From a virus (Duplodnaviria > Heunggongvirae > Uroviricota > Caudoviricetes), in the IMG/VR virus record IMGVR_UViG_3300021963_000087, positions 1-64,000 of that record: 64,000 nucleotides of DNA. The stretch is one strand, 5' to 3'. Positions 19,559 to 29,605 of the stretch are shown piece by piece. Within the stretch, counting starts at the first letter, position 1; each line of letters starts with the position of its first letter. The notes beneath the pieces were generated by a model. It was not told the origin of the DNA, made no database searches, and saw nothing but the letters and a program-made list of their open reading frames with translations. The translations under genes and the position numbers were made by a program.

Positions 19559-19849
19559 ATGAGTAAATTACAACCAATGAATGGCTATCTAATACTGAAG
19601 CCAATTGAAGAAGAGGAGCAAACGTATGGCAACATCGTAATCCCAGATTTAGGTAAAGAGAAGCCTGAAATCGGAATAGTAGTAGCAACATCAGGAACCT
19701 ACAACTTTAATTCAGACAAGTTAGTACCATCAAGTCTACAAGAAGGAGACAAAGTCTTAATTCCAAAATTAGGATCTTTGAGAATTACTGTGGAAGGTGA
19801 GGAGTACTACATTACAAAAGAACAAGACGTTTATTCAAAATTTAATTAA
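19559..19849 (+). CDS. groES: co-chaperonin GroES
   Basis: 96 aa. LKPIEEEEQTYGNIVIPD mobile-loop region and GroES fold pattern. Immediately upstream of groEL. Confidence 0.8.
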   Translation: MSKLQPMNGYLILKPIEEEEQTYGNIVIPDLGKEKPEIGIVVATSGTYNFNSDKLVPSSLQEGDKVLIPKLGSLRITVEGEEYYITKEQDVYSKFN

Positions 19850-19851
19850 AA

Positions 19852-21516
19852 ATGGCAACACAAACAGTTTTTGGAATAGAGCTAAAAAATAAACTATTAG
19901 CAGGTATTAAGCAATTAAACCATTCTGTGTCTTCAACATTAGGACCAGGTGGTAGAACAGTTTTGATCAAGGATAGATCAGGCGAAGTGAAAGTAACTAA
20001 AGATGGTGTGACTGTTGCAAAGTCGTTTCATGAATTAGAAGACCAAGTTGAGGACTTAGGTGCTCAATTAGTAAAGCAAGTATCTATTAAGTCTGCTAAT
20101 GAAGCAGGTGATGGTACTACTACTTCAACTTTACTTACTACTGTTATGGTAGAGGAAGGATTGAAACTAATTAACCAAGGTTCTAATCCAGTAGAAGTTA
20201 AAAAAGCAATTGACAAATATGTAGCACAAGTAGTTGAAAACTTGAGAAACATATCTCAAGACATTTCAACAGAAGAACAGATTAAGCAAGTGGCTACTAT
20301 TTCTGCTAACAACGATACTGAAGTAGGAGAATTAATTGCTACAGCTATTGGTAAAGTTGGTAGAGAAGGTATTGTTACAATTGAAGAATCTAAAACTGGT
20401 GAAACTAGTTTAGAAGTTGTGGAAGGTATGCAGTTTGATAGAGGTTACAAATCTCCTTACTTCGTTACCAACAATAATACAATGACTGCTACATTGGATG
20501 AACCATATGTTTTAATCTACGATGGTAGAATTACTACTGCAGCAGAGTTGTTAAATGTTTTGAATAAGGTAAACTCAGAGAACAAATCTTTGTTGATTGT
20601 TGCTGAGGATATTGATGGTGAAGCATTGGCAACTTTGATTGTTAATAAGATGAGAGGTATTGTTAAAGTGGCTGCTGTTAAAGCACCTGACTTTGGTGAA
20701 AGAAAAACCTTGCTTTTGGAAGACTTAGCTATCTTGACAAAGGGTCAAGTTATAAGTAAAGACAAAGGACATAAGTTAGATAAATTAACACCAGTCCAAT
20801 TAGTAGAATTTTTAGGTAAAGCTAGATTGGTAACAGTTGGTAAAGAAGATACTACAGTTGTAGATGGTAAAGGTGAGACGGAAGCAATTAATGCAAGAGC
20901 TGAAGAAATTAAAGAGCAAATTGAAAAAGCTGGTTCATTCTACGAAAAAGAGAAACTACAAGAGAGATTAGGTAAACTAATTGGTGGTGTAGCTATCATT
21001 TCAGTAGGAGGTAACTCAGACATTGAAATTAAAGAAAAGAAAGATAGAGTAGAAGATGCTTTATTTGCTACCAAAGCAGCATTAGTTGAAGGAGTAGTTC
21101 CAGGTGGAGGTATTGCTTTGATTGAAGCTTTTGAGTCAGTAGGTTTACCACAAACTGCATCAAGCGATAATCAAAAGGGTTGGGATATTGTAAGAAAGGC
21201 TTGTAATAGTCCTTTTACTACAATCTTAACAAATTGCGGTATTGAAGATTATTATGGAATTTTACGTCTTATTAAAGATACACGCGGAGATTTCTTTGCT
21301 GCTTCACAACAAGATGAGTTATTTACCTATAATGCTAAAACCCATACTGTAGTACATGCTGTCGAAGCAGGATTGTTAGATCCCACCAAAGTAACACGCA
21401 CAGCTTTAGAGAATGCAGCATCAGTAGCTGGAACAATATTAACCACCGAATCAGTTATCTTCGAAAAGAAAGACGACAAGTCTAAAGAAGATGACATGAT
21501 GTCACAATACCAATAG
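19852..21516 (+). CDS. groEL: chaperonin GroEL
   Basis: [14 protein letters not shown]-binding motif, [27 protein letters not shown], and the C-terminal tail MMSQYQ. Confidence 0.93.
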   Translation: MATQTVFGIELKNKLLAGIKQLNHSVSSTLGPGGRTVLIKDRSGEVKVTKDGVTVAKSFHELEDQVEDLGAQLVKQVSIKSANEAGDGTTTSTLLTTVMVEEGLKLINQGSNPVEVKKAIDKYVAQVVENLRNISQDISTEEQIKQVATISANNDTEVGELIATAIGKVGREGIVTIEESKTGETSLEVVEGMQFDRGYKSPYFVTNNNTMTATLDEPYVLIYDGRITTAAELLNVLNKVNSENKSLLIVAEDIDGEALATLIVNKMRGIVKVAAVKAPDFGERKTLLLEDLAILTKGQVISKDKGHKLDKLTPVQLVEFLGKARLVTVGKEDTTVVDGKGETEAINARAEEIKEQIEKAGSFYEKEKLQERLGKLIGGVAIISVGGNSDIEIKEKKDRVEDALFATKAALVEGVVPGGGIALIEAFESVGLPQTASSDNQKGWDIVRKACNSPFTTILTNCGIEDYYGILRLIKDTRGDFFAASQQDELFTYNAKTHTVVHAVEAGLLDPTKVTRTALENAASVAGTILTTESVIFEKKDDKSKEDDMMSQYQ

Positions 21517-21518
21517 TT

Positions 21519-21680
21519 ATGTTAGCAGGTATTATCCTATTTGCTTTTATTGCTAATGTTTTAATCATTAGTATGTTTATAGTAGAAGAAAGAATAGAAA
21601 AGCTTCCTCCCGAAAGTAAATTAAAAAAATGGTGGAGAAAGCATTTAATAGGCGAGGATATTTACGGAGACAATTTCTAA
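21519..21680 (+). CDS. small hydrophobic protein
   Basis: 53 aa ORF (below the track cutoff) with one TM helix, followed by a terminator. Confidence 0.25.
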   Translation: MLAGIILFAFIANVLIISMFIVEERIEKLPPESKLKKWWRKHLIGEDIYGDNF

Positions 21681-21686
21681 GATAAG

Positions 21687-21712
21687 CCCCTACTTTTGAG
21701 TAGGGGTTTTCT
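21687..21712 (+). terminator. rho-independent terminator
   Basis: cccctact-tttg-agtagggg stem followed by ttttct. Confidence 0.6.
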
Positions 21713-21743
21713 ATTTATAAGACAGCAATCTCCTAAACACTCT

Positions 21744-21992
21744 ATGGTAAGAATTAAGAAACATAATGGTGCTGAGTTTATTATCATAGATACAGACATT
21801 CTTATGTATGAAGATAGAGAGGTTTCTAAGATCGTTCCTGTCCAAGTCCAAGTAAGACTTAAAGACTTAACCGAACAGCAACAACGTGCTATATACAAGC
21901 ACGCTTCCATATACTTTGATCGTACATTATCCATCAATAAACCTCAGCCTGAGGTAAAGAAAGGATGGTTTTCTAGCTGGTTTAGTAAATAG
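21744..21992 (+). CDS. hypothetical protein
   Basis: Start set at the internal Met (MVRIKKHNG) downstream of the terminator; the ORF track starts at 21696. Confidence 0.35.
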   Translation: MVRIKKHNGAEFIIIDTDILMYEDREVSKIVPVQVQVRLKDLTEQQQRAIYKHASIYFDRTLSINKPQPEVKKGWFSSWFSK

Positions 21993-22056
21993 TATATACA
22001 AGCTTTTCTCTTGAATTTAGTGCAAGGTAGCTATTTATTAGTACCAAAATCAAGAC

Positions 22057-22572
22057 ATGAAGAACTACGTACTATTTTTCCTAGGGACCATCCTATGGTT
22101 CACTTTTCTTGCTAGCTTTTCACATAAAGAAGTTCCTGCATTCGTTCCACAAAAAGCCCACGTAAATTCGGTTATAAACAATATCAAGGTAGGTCCTCTT
22201 ACAGGAAACAAAAACCTTGCATTTGGCGTTAAAAACGTATTAGAGGAAGCTTTACAAGATAAAGGCTTTGATTTAGTAGATCGTTATAGTGCAGATCACA
22301 TAGTAGACGTAGAAATCATATTCTTTGATATTGAAAATACTCAGAAGGGAGTATCAGTGTTCCACAAAGATGAGAATGCTGTAGTAGTGCGAATGAGAGC
22401 AACTCTTTCAGATGGTGAAGGTAAAGTTATTAAAACTGTTATAGCTGAAGATCGTTCTTCAGAAATTAGTACATCAACCCTATTAATTAATCAGGGAGGT
22501 CAATTCAATTCAACAGTACAAAGGAACGCAGTTAAAAAAGCTTGTGTTTTAGTTGTGTCAAAACTTTTTTAG
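22057..22572 (+). CDS. exported/membrane-anchored protein
   Basis: N-terminal hydrophobic signal anchor. Confidence 0.4.
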   Translation: MKNYVLFFLGTILWFTFLASFSHKEVPAFVPQKAHVNSVINNIKVGPLTGNKNLAFGVKNVLEEALQDKGFDLVDRYSADHIVDVEIIFFDIENTQKGVSVFHKDENAVVVRMRATLSDGEGKVIKTVIAEDRSSEISTSTLLINQGGQFNSTVQRNAVKKACVLVVSKLF

Positions 22573-22575
22573 CAA

Positions 22576-24687
22576 ATGAGAAAACTATTAGTATTTATTC
22601 TACTTTTGGTAGGAGTGACTGGGTTTGGTCAAATTAAATTTAAGGCGAGTACATCTATTGGGGGAGCTACTCTTGATAGAGGTAGTGAGTTTGATTATAT
22701 AGTATATGGTAATGGTAATTCCGATGCAACAACTCGCCAATTACTTTTTGATTTGCAATATGATAAAGACAATTTTGAAATAGTATCCGTAAACCATACA
22801 GGTACAGGAGGTAATGGTGGTATCTTACCACAAAACAGTACTATCAATTTATCATACTACAACTATCCTGGCTACAGCTGGGCTGCAGTAACATCAGGCA
22901 ACAGTGCTAACAACACTACAAATGGTAGCACTAACTATCAATACGCTCAGTATGTTTATAGTGGTACTAGTGCAAACGCTATATTAAGAATTACACTTAC
23001 CTGGGCCACTACTTCAGCAATGCCTTATAACTCTTATAGTGATTTTATTAAGGTAAGATTTAGATTAAAAGCAGCATCTACTGCATATACTTTTAATCCA
23101 ATCAAGTTAAACTTTGTTGCAGGTTGGAATAATGCAGGAACTATAGTAGCTACTACAATGGAATCTCCACTATCTACGGCAGTTGTAATGAATCAAAACT
23201 ACGGCAAGTATGTAACTGCAAAAGTTGATCTAAACTCAAACCTATATAATTTAACAGGTTTGAAAGTATCTTTTAAGGATACTGCAACTAATACAGGACA
23301 ACTGTTTAATGTATTATCAGATGGTAGTGTTGATATCAATCAATCTTTATTAGCTGCTAACAAAGTTTACAGTGTTAGTTTAATGCATGAGATGGATAAG
23401 ATCTACACAATATATAATGGTGCAATAACAATATCAGATTTTACTACAGCCCAAAATGAATTCACTTCTATGGGATTAGATGGCACTAATGGTCAAATTT
23501 TAAAAACAGGTCAGTCATTATATGCTGCAGATATTAACAGAAACAATAAAATTGATGGTGGTGACTTGCCTAGATTGTTAGCTCAAATAGCTACTTTAGA
23601 TACTTTAAATACATTGCCAACTGGGTATACAGTAGGTAGTGGTGGTTATATGAGTCTACCAACTTGGAGATCAACTGATGTAACAACTGTAGCTGGTCAA
23701 ACAGAATGGGGATATGTTACACCTGGTACTAACTTTAGTACTTTGCGTATTGACATGAGAAAGTTTCCTAGTGGTGTAGCTGCCAATACCATCAAGAGTA
23801 TCCAGCTATTTGATGTATACACAGGTCCTATTGAGTATATAAGCGAAGATGCTTCTTGGGCACAATACAAAGTACCTTCTACTTTAACCAAAGCTACAGA
23901 TGGTACTTCTATATTCAATTCATACATTAGAAACATAAATGGTCAAAATGCTGACTATGCGTTTCAAGTAGAGTTCGCTTTCAATACCGATCCAGCAAAC
24001 TCTTGGGGAGCAATAACAACTTCAAACTGGAAGGACATATCATATCCTAAGACATACTTTAAGACTACTACATTAGGAGCTAATCAAATTTTAGATCTTA
24101 AGTATCTTTTATGGGGTGATGTAAATAGATCACACTCATCTCAAGTAGTAACTACAAGTGGTGGTAGCAGTACAGTACAAACAAATGCAGTTAATAGCTT
24201 AAGAACGAATGATGCATTTGCAAGTATGGCTACAGCTAATATGGCTTACATCAATACTCCTAACGATATTACTGCTATAGATGTTAATTTAACAAACATA
24301 ACAGTAACATCAAATACTATTGAGATTCCTGTAGATCTTGATACTAAAGGAGCAAGTGTAGGTGGTTTACAATTAGAGTTCCAATACGATCCAACTAAGA
24401 TTAAGTTTGAAGAGATAGTATCAAATATTCCAAGTACTTGGTATGTGTTTGCTACTTCTAAAGATGGCAAGGTTAAGTTTGGAGCTTTGGATCAAAACAA
24501 CAAAACTGGAATCAAAGGAGTTAATACTCCATTTAAATTAAAGTTCTCAACAATTGGTAGTGGAGTTGATATTCTAACATCTGTAAAAGTTTCACCAACT
24601 ATGGATGCTAGTAGTATTAACGGAACCCAATTAGGTATTAATTTAAACAGAACCCAAATCAAATTAACAGGATATAATAACTTCTAA
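22576..24687 (+). CDS. large secreted protein with dockerin/EF-hand-like Ca-binding loop
   Basis: Signal peptide MRKLLVFILLLVGVTGFGQ, motif DINRNNKIDGGDL, and Thr/Ser/Asn-rich beta-type composition. Confidence 0.5.
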   Translation: MRKLLVFILLLVGVTGFGQIKFKASTSIGGATLDRGSEFDYIVYGNGNSDATTRQLLFDLQYDKDNFEIVSVNHTGTGGNGGILPQNSTINLSYYNYPGYSWAAVTSGNSANNTTNGSTNYQYAQYVYSGTSANAILRITLTWATTSAMPYNSYSDFIKVRFRLKAASTAYTFNPIKLNFVAGWNNAGTIVATTMESPLSTAVVMNQNYGKYVTAKVDLNSNLYNLTGLKVSFKDTATNTGQLFNVLSDGSVDINQSLLAANKVYSVSLMHEMDKIYTIYNGAITISDFTTAQNEFTSMGLDGTNGQILKTGQSLYAADINRNNKIDGGDLPRLLAQIATLDTLNTLPTGYTVGSGGYMSLPTWRSTDVTTVAGQTEWGYVTPGTNFSTLRIDMRKFPSGVAANTIKSIQLFDVYTGPIEYISEDASWAQYKVPSTLTKATDGTSIFNSYIRNINGQNADYAFQVEFAFNTDPANSWGAITTSNWKDISYPKTYFKTTTLGANQILDLKYLLWGDVNRSHSSQVVTTSGGSSTVQTNAVNSLRTNDAFASMATANMAYINTPNDITAIDVNLTNITVTSNTIEIPVDLDTKGASVGGLQLEFQYDPTKIKFEEIVSNIPSTWYVFATSKDGKVKFGALDQNNKTGIKGVNTPFKLKFSTIGSGVDILTSVKVSPTMDASSINGTQLGINLNRTQIKLTGYNNF

Positions 24688-24688
24688 T

Positions 24689-25042
24689 ATGAAAAAAGCA
24701 TTATTAATAGTAGTTACGTTATTAGCATCGTGTACTAAGATAGTACAACCCGTACCACAGGTAATAGACTTAGGTACTAAATCAACTTCTACAGCTATCA
24801 AATCCATCAGCCAAGTTGGCAATGTAGTTACTGCTGAATTTGAAACAACGATAGGATCTAAATACTCAGTGCAAATTATACCTTTCGGTAGTGACGAACC
24901 CTCTAGGAAAGAAGGGTTTACAGCAAATGAGACTATAACTAGAAAAGTGTTTGATTTGTCAAACTTAGCCAAAAAGGATTATGATCTAATATTTATAGAC
25001 GTAAGTGGTAAAGAAGTTAAATATCCAATAATTATAAAATAA
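24689..25042 (+). CDS. lipoprotein
   Basis: Lipobox LLASCT. Confidence 0.45.
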   Translation: MKKALLIVVTLLASCTKIVQPVPQVIDLGTKSTSTAIKSISQVGNVVTAEFETTIGSKYSVQIIPFGSDEPSRKEGFTANETITRKVFDLSNLAKKDYDLIFIDVSGKEVKYPIIIK

Positions 25043-25048
25043 TTTAAT

Positions 25049-25354
25049 ATGGCAGAAGAACAAGAACAACAATCAGGTGGAACTTCGATTAAACAAATTT
25101 TAATCGGATTAGTATCAACTATTACATTAGGTGTAGGTGGTTGGTTTACAACTAAGTTAACAGGTGGTGATGATAAGGAAGCAGCTCCGGTACAACAAGC
25201 AGCTCCAGTAATTAACATTCAAAACAACCAAACTCAGCAACAAGCTGCAGGAGGTAAGACTGTGATTATCAAGGAGAAAGCAGCTGAACCTGCAAAACCA
25301 GCTAAGCCTAAGAAAGAAGGTGATGAATTTAAAGAGAAACCAGCTGCATGGTAG
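25049..25354 (+). CDS. membrane protein with Pro/Ala/Lys-rich tail
   Basis: Single TM helix. Confidence 0.4.
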   Translation: MAEEQEQQSGGTSIKQILIGLVSTITLGVGGWFTTKLTGGDDKEAAPVQQAAPVINIQNNQTQQQAAGGKTVIIKEKAAEPAKPAKPKKEGDEFKEKPAAW

Positions 25355-25438
25355 TATGGTATCAAATAGGAACAGTAGCTTTCTTTATAGGATTGCTATC
25401 GTTTTTAATTAAGTGGTCGTTTAAAATAAATAAAAAAG

Positions 25439-26053
25439 ATGAGTAATCAACCGCCAAGTGGCTTCAAAGATCTATTAAACGCAATGATGAAACGCAGATG
25501 GTATATCACTGCGTTAGTATTGGGAGGTTTTATGTTAATTATAGCTGGTATGTTTACCGCTATAGCAGTTAAAACTCCTATGGCAGCAGAATGGAAAGAA
25601 TTGCTGTTATTGTTGTTAGGTGCTTTTATTGGTAGCTACGGCAAGATTATTGATTACTGGTTTAGCGATACGGACAAAGACAAGATGTTAGTTCAGAAGA
25701 TGGATGAAGAAGATGGTACAACTCTATCTCATACTAACGATATGAAAGAAACTAACAAACCAGTTACTCCTTTAATTCCAGATGCATTCGTTCAAGGTGC
25801 AGCTGCAGCTAGAGAATTAGCTGTTACTGAAAACAAACAGAATTATGATCTAAAGAAAGACGAACAAGAACATCGTCAACTATTAGAAGTAGATCAACAA
25901 GAGCATGATCAAGAATTAGAAAAATTAAAACTAGAGCATGAAATAAAAGCACATAGATATTGCGAACATGAGTGGGGTGATGCAGATCACGACGGTCATT
26001 TAGAATGTCAGAAGTGTGGGTTGTTTAAACCAGAATGGGATGATACACACTAA
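25439..26053 (+). CDS. membrane protein with C-terminal zinc-ribbon-like motif
   Basis: Two TM helices, a coiled-coil segment, and CEHEWGDADHDGHLECQKCG. Confidence 0.4.
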   Translation: MSNQPPSGFKDLLNAMMKRRWYITALVLGGFMLIIAGMFTAIAVKTPMAAEWKELLLLLLGAFIGSYGKIIDYWFSDTDKDKMLVQKMDEEDGTTLSHTNDMKETNKPVTPLIPDAFVQGAAAARELAVTENKQNYDLKKDEQEHRQLLEVDQQEHDQELEKLKLEHEIKAHRYCEHEWGDADHDGHLECQKCGLFKPEWDDTH

Positions 26054-26064
26054 AATGTAAAACT

Positions 26065-26301
26065 ATGAAACAATTTTTCAAAAGCTTGTTTGATGATTCA
26101 AACAGCATTAACGAGAAAGCAGTAATAGGTTTCGGAGCTTTTGTTATGATGGTAGTTTTTGCAGTAGCAGACATTGTTACTGGTAGTATGGGTAAAGATT
26201 TAGTAGTAAATGAATTTATTTACGATTCATTTAAGGTACTAACAATAGCTTGCTTTGGCATTGCTTCGGTTGACAAATGGATTAATAAAAAGGGTGAATA
26301 A
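26065..26301 (+). CDS. small membrane protein (holin-like candidate)
   Basis: 78 aa with TM helices. Confidence 0.3.
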   Translation: MKQFFKSLFDDSNSINEKAVIGFGAFVMMVVFAVADIVTGSMGKDLVVNEFIYDSFKVLTIACFGIASVDKWINKKGE

Positions 26302-26307
26302 TTAAAA

Positions 26308-26330
26308 GGGGGTCACAAGCCCCCTTTTTT
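26308..26330 (+). terminator. rho-independent terminator
   Basis: ggggg-tcacaag-ccccc stem followed by tttttt. Confidence 0.65.
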
Positions 26331-26527
26331 CCAAAATCAAAAGGTATGAAGAATATAAAAGATAAATTATTTCTAGGGTTTGTAAAACTGGTTTTTGCAT
26401 GGACAGTATTTGCTTTAACTTTTCAAGTTACTATGATAACTTTGAGTTATACCAAACCTGAACTGGCTACAAGAATAGGTAATGAACTAACTTGGAGATT
26501 GGATGGTAGATTCAATAAATAAACTAT

Positions 26528-27160
26528 ATGAAAAGTATTTTAGTTACTATAGCAGTATTGTTCGCACTAAGTGCAACAGCTCAAGATGTAGTTGTATTAA
26601 AGCATACAAACTATACATCTCACTTTAGCAAGTCAAAGAAGTATCCAGTAATGGTAGAGTGGTGGGAAACAAAAGCAAAAGTTGCTTGTGAAAAACCTTT
26701 CCCAAGAGTAGATGCTTTCAGACCTGATCCTTTAGAGATGGAAGTAACTGATATAAAAGCAGACTATGTGAATAGTGGTTATGATAGAGGACATATGAGT
26801 CCCGCTGCATCTAACCAATGTCAAACAATGGATGTGCAGTTAGAATGTTTCTATATGAGTAACATGGCTGCACAAACACATAGATTAAATGCTGGAGATT
26901 GGAAATCATTAGAAGTGCTTACAAGAGAGTGGGCAACTAAAGAAGATTCGGTTCATGTATGGGCAGGTAATGTTGGAGAGATTAAGAGAATAGGAAGAGT
27001 GGCAGTTCCAAAGCAATGTTGGAAAGCAGTTCACGTTAAAAAAACAAACGAATGGTTTTTCTTCTTATTTGAGAATGACCTATCTAATCCAGACGGTATT
27101 AATAACAATAAAGTTTTAAAAGAAGATATAGAATTATTAACGGGATTAAAATTCAAGTAG
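26528..27160 (+). CDS. secreted DNA/RNA non-specific endonuclease (Serratia NUC family)
   Basis: Signal peptide MKSILVTIAVLFALSATAQ and the catalytic DRGHMSPAASN (DRGH) motif. Confidence 0.8.
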   Translation: MKSILVTIAVLFALSATAQDVVVLKHTNYTSHFSKSKKYPVMVEWWETKAKVACEKPFPRVDAFRPDPLEMEVTDIKADYVNSGYDRGHMSPAASNQCQTMDVQLECFYMSNMAAQTHRLNAGDWKSLEVLTREWATKEDSVHVWAGNVGEIKRIGRVAVPKQCWKAVHVKKTNEWFFFLFENDLSNPDGINNNKVLKEDIELLTGLKFK

Positions 27161-27161
27161 T

Positions 27162-27440
27162 ATGAAAAAGTTACTTATCGGATTATTATTTTTAGCAAGT
27201 TGTACACCAGTAAGATATGTGTACATAGATCCAAAGGATTCAGTAGTTAGAGAACAAAGAAGGATACACCAAGACTTCACTACACCCCTCTACTTTCAGT
27301 ATAACTGGTATAGACCTTACTACAGTCCAATTATTATTCAAAGGCAAAGACCTATTGTAGTTCCGCAGAAACCTATCATAGTTCCACAAAGACCACAATA
27401 TAAACCAATGCCTTCAAGACCATCAAAATGGAGAAACTAA
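27162..27440 (+). CDS. lipoprotein, Pro/Gln-rich
   Basis: Lipobox FLASCT. Confidence 0.4.
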   Translation: MKKLLIGLLFLASCTPVRYVYIDPKDSVVREQRRIHQDFTTPLYFQYNWYRPYYSPIIIQRQRPIVVPQKPIIVPQRPQYKPMPSRPSKWRN

Positions 27441-27443
27441 AAT

Positions 27444-28160
27444 ATGAAAAACTTATTAATGTTATTAGGTCTATTTTTGACCACAAATGTAGTTGCCCAA
27501 ACTGTAGGGTCGACAAAGACAGAACAGTACAAGGCTTCATTCGAAACAAAAATCGATATTAGTCAATTCTTAGATTATGATGGACCTACTATTCCGATAC
27601 AGATTCTCAAATGTGGTATTGGTGATGAGGTTTATGAGCAATATCCAGAACTCAAGGAGAAGAAAGTTGGTTTGGGTGTGGCTAACATCACGTTGGAATA
27701 TCTTGAAAATCTTAATCGCTTTACATTTACGGAAGATAAGACAGAGATCAAGAACAGGATGGTCAAGCAGTTCCAAGCATCACAAGCAGGAATCTCTCAA
27801 GATAAGTTGGATGGACGAGGCAAGATTAGACTAGCACACTACTTTGTAGAGATAGAAGTCTATGATTGGTCAGTAAGTGATGATGAAGAAATTAATTTAA
27901 AGGACGGAGTTAAAAATACAATGGTAACCCGTTTAGGTTTACAAGTTAGGTTTACAGATGCAGAGACAGGAGAAATCATTGCTGCATCAGGTTTAGGAGA
28001 AGCTAAGACAACTAGAGAATTAACTTTATTAAGTGACGCTACAGTTGATCCAGTTAAATTCAATCAATCAACAGTATCTATTGCAACTAAGAAAGCATTG
28101 GATATTGCATGCGCTCGTATCTTAGCTCGTATGGTTAAGAAGGACGTATTTAAAAAGTAA
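27444..28160 (+). CDS. secreted protein
   Basis: Signal peptide MKNLLMLLGLFLTTNVVAQ. Confidence 0.45.
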   Translation: MKNLLMLLGLFLTTNVVAQTVGSTKTEQYKASFETKIDISQFLDYDGPTIPIQILKCGIGDEVYEQYPELKEKKVGLGVANITLEYLENLNRFTFTEDKTEIKNRMVKQFQASQAGISQDKLDGRGKIRLAHYFVEIEVYDWSVSDDEEINLKDGVKNTMVTRLGLQVRFTDAETGEIIAASGLGEAKTTRELTLLSDATVDPVKFNQSTVSIATKKALDIACARILARMVKKDVFKK

Positions 28161-28284
28161 AACTATGGCAAACGCAGCACCAAAGAAAAGACCCATGAGA
28201 AGTAAACGCTCTGGGATTAAGAAAGCAGAATTAGTAAAAGCTAATCTAGAAGTTCTTAAGAAGATTAATAATTCCAAATTATAG

Positions 28285-29553
28285 ATGAAAAAATGGGTAA
28301 GATTTCTTTCAATATTCGTTTTGTTCCTAATAGCTTATCAAGCTAACGGACAAGTCATTACCCAAACCTATACAGATCCATGCGACGGTAAAGTTTACAC
28401 AATATCCGTCCCAATTCCAAACCAAGTAGTAGTCGTTGTTATTAGAGGTAAGACTAAAACGTTTACCTATGTAGAAGCACAATCAGGTGTTATGTCTACT
28501 TGGATCACTACAATCCTATCAGAGCCATGTCCAGTATCAATAGCCGTAACCGTAGCCCAACAGGCTGCGCAAGCGGCAAGCAGTGCAGCATCCTCGGCAG
28601 CGAGTTCAGCAGCTTCATCAGCAAGCTCAAGCGCATCTTCAGCAGCATCATCCGCAGCATCAAGTGCTTCGAGCTCAGCAGCATCCTCTACCCCTGCATC
28701 AACTTCATCGGGATCATCATCTTCCTCCCAATCATCTTCATCATCTACGGAGTCATCATCATCCAGTGGATCATCGGAAAGCAGCGGAGGAGGGGAAACA
28801 AAATCAGAAAGCAAGCAAGAAAGCAGTGAGTCTAAATCTGAATCAAAAGAGGAAAAGAAATCAGAAGAGAAGAAGAAAGAAGAGGAAAAGAAAAAGAAAC
28901 AAGAAGAGCGAAAAGCTAACCCTCCAGTAGTCAAAGCAGACCTGTCAGTTATACAAGCAGGATTTGTTGTAATACCTACTCTCAATCTTAACATGTCAAA
29001 GTCTTTAAACGACGGGATGTTAAACTGGGGACTCAGCACTTCTGTCAGAGCTGATCTAAAGCAAATAGTAATAGGTGGTAACACATCAAGTGTTATCATG
29101 AAAGAAGGAAAAGTAAAAGGTGTAACATCTACAAGTGTTACTTATGTAACCGATTGGAGTAATCAATTTATTTTTTATGGTTGGAGTTATATAAGGTTAT
29201 TGAATAAAGGTGCTGTAGCTGGATTAAGTTTGAGTGGTAACGAATTACTAATAAAGGGTAACCAATTAATGTTATCTCCTTCAGTAATTGTTTTCTATAC
29301 AAGACCTATCCAAGTAACTAAAAAGCAAACAGTATCTCCAGAGTTGTATCTTATATCCTCTCCACTTATGTATGGACAGAAAGATAAAGTTGCAACTTAT
29401 GATTACAATGTATCATTCTTTACTGGAGCTGGAACGGATATAGTATTTACCAAGAAGTTTAAAGCTAACTTTAACTTTAAGGTAAACATAAGCACTAATC
29501 CAAATGTACCTTTGATGAGTGTTTTTTCAATAGGCTCAAAAATAAATTTATAG
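28285..29553 (+). CDS. secreted protein with Ser/Ala-rich and Lys/Glu-rich low-complexity tracts
   Basis: Signal peptide, (SSAAS)n tract, KE-rich tract, and a beta-rich C-terminus. Confidence 0.5.
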   Translation: MKKWVRFLSIFVLFLIAYQANGQVITQTYTDPCDGKVYTISVPIPNQVVVVVIRGKTKTFTYVEAQSGVMSTWITTILSEPCPVSIAVTVAQQAAQAASSAASSAASSAASSASSSASSAASSAASSASSSAASSTPASTSSGSSSSSQSSSSSTESSSSSGSSESSGGGETKSESKQESSESKSESKEEKKSEEKKKEEEKKKKQEERKANPPVVKADLSVIQAGFVVIPTLNLNMSKSLNDGMLNWGLSTSVRADLKQIVIGGNTSSVIMKEGKVKGVTSTSVTYVTDWSNQFIFYGWSYIRLLNKGAVAGLSLSGNELLIKGNQLMLSPSVIVFYTRPIQVTKKQTVSPELYLISSPLMYGQKDKVATYDYNVSFFTGAGTDIVFTKKFKANFNFKVNISTNPNVPLMSVFSIGSKINL

Positions 29554-29605
29554 AAAAGTTGGAACTTTACTTCAATATGGTGCTATTTATTATAAACACA
29601 CTAAA

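Noticed and set aside
28467-29099. 210-aa - strand ORF overlapping the Ser-rich secreted protein gene
   Set aside because: It is an artefact of the low-complexity (SSAAS)n/KE repeat. It translates to poly-D/E/A junk and is antisense to a well-supported + strand gene with a signal peptide.
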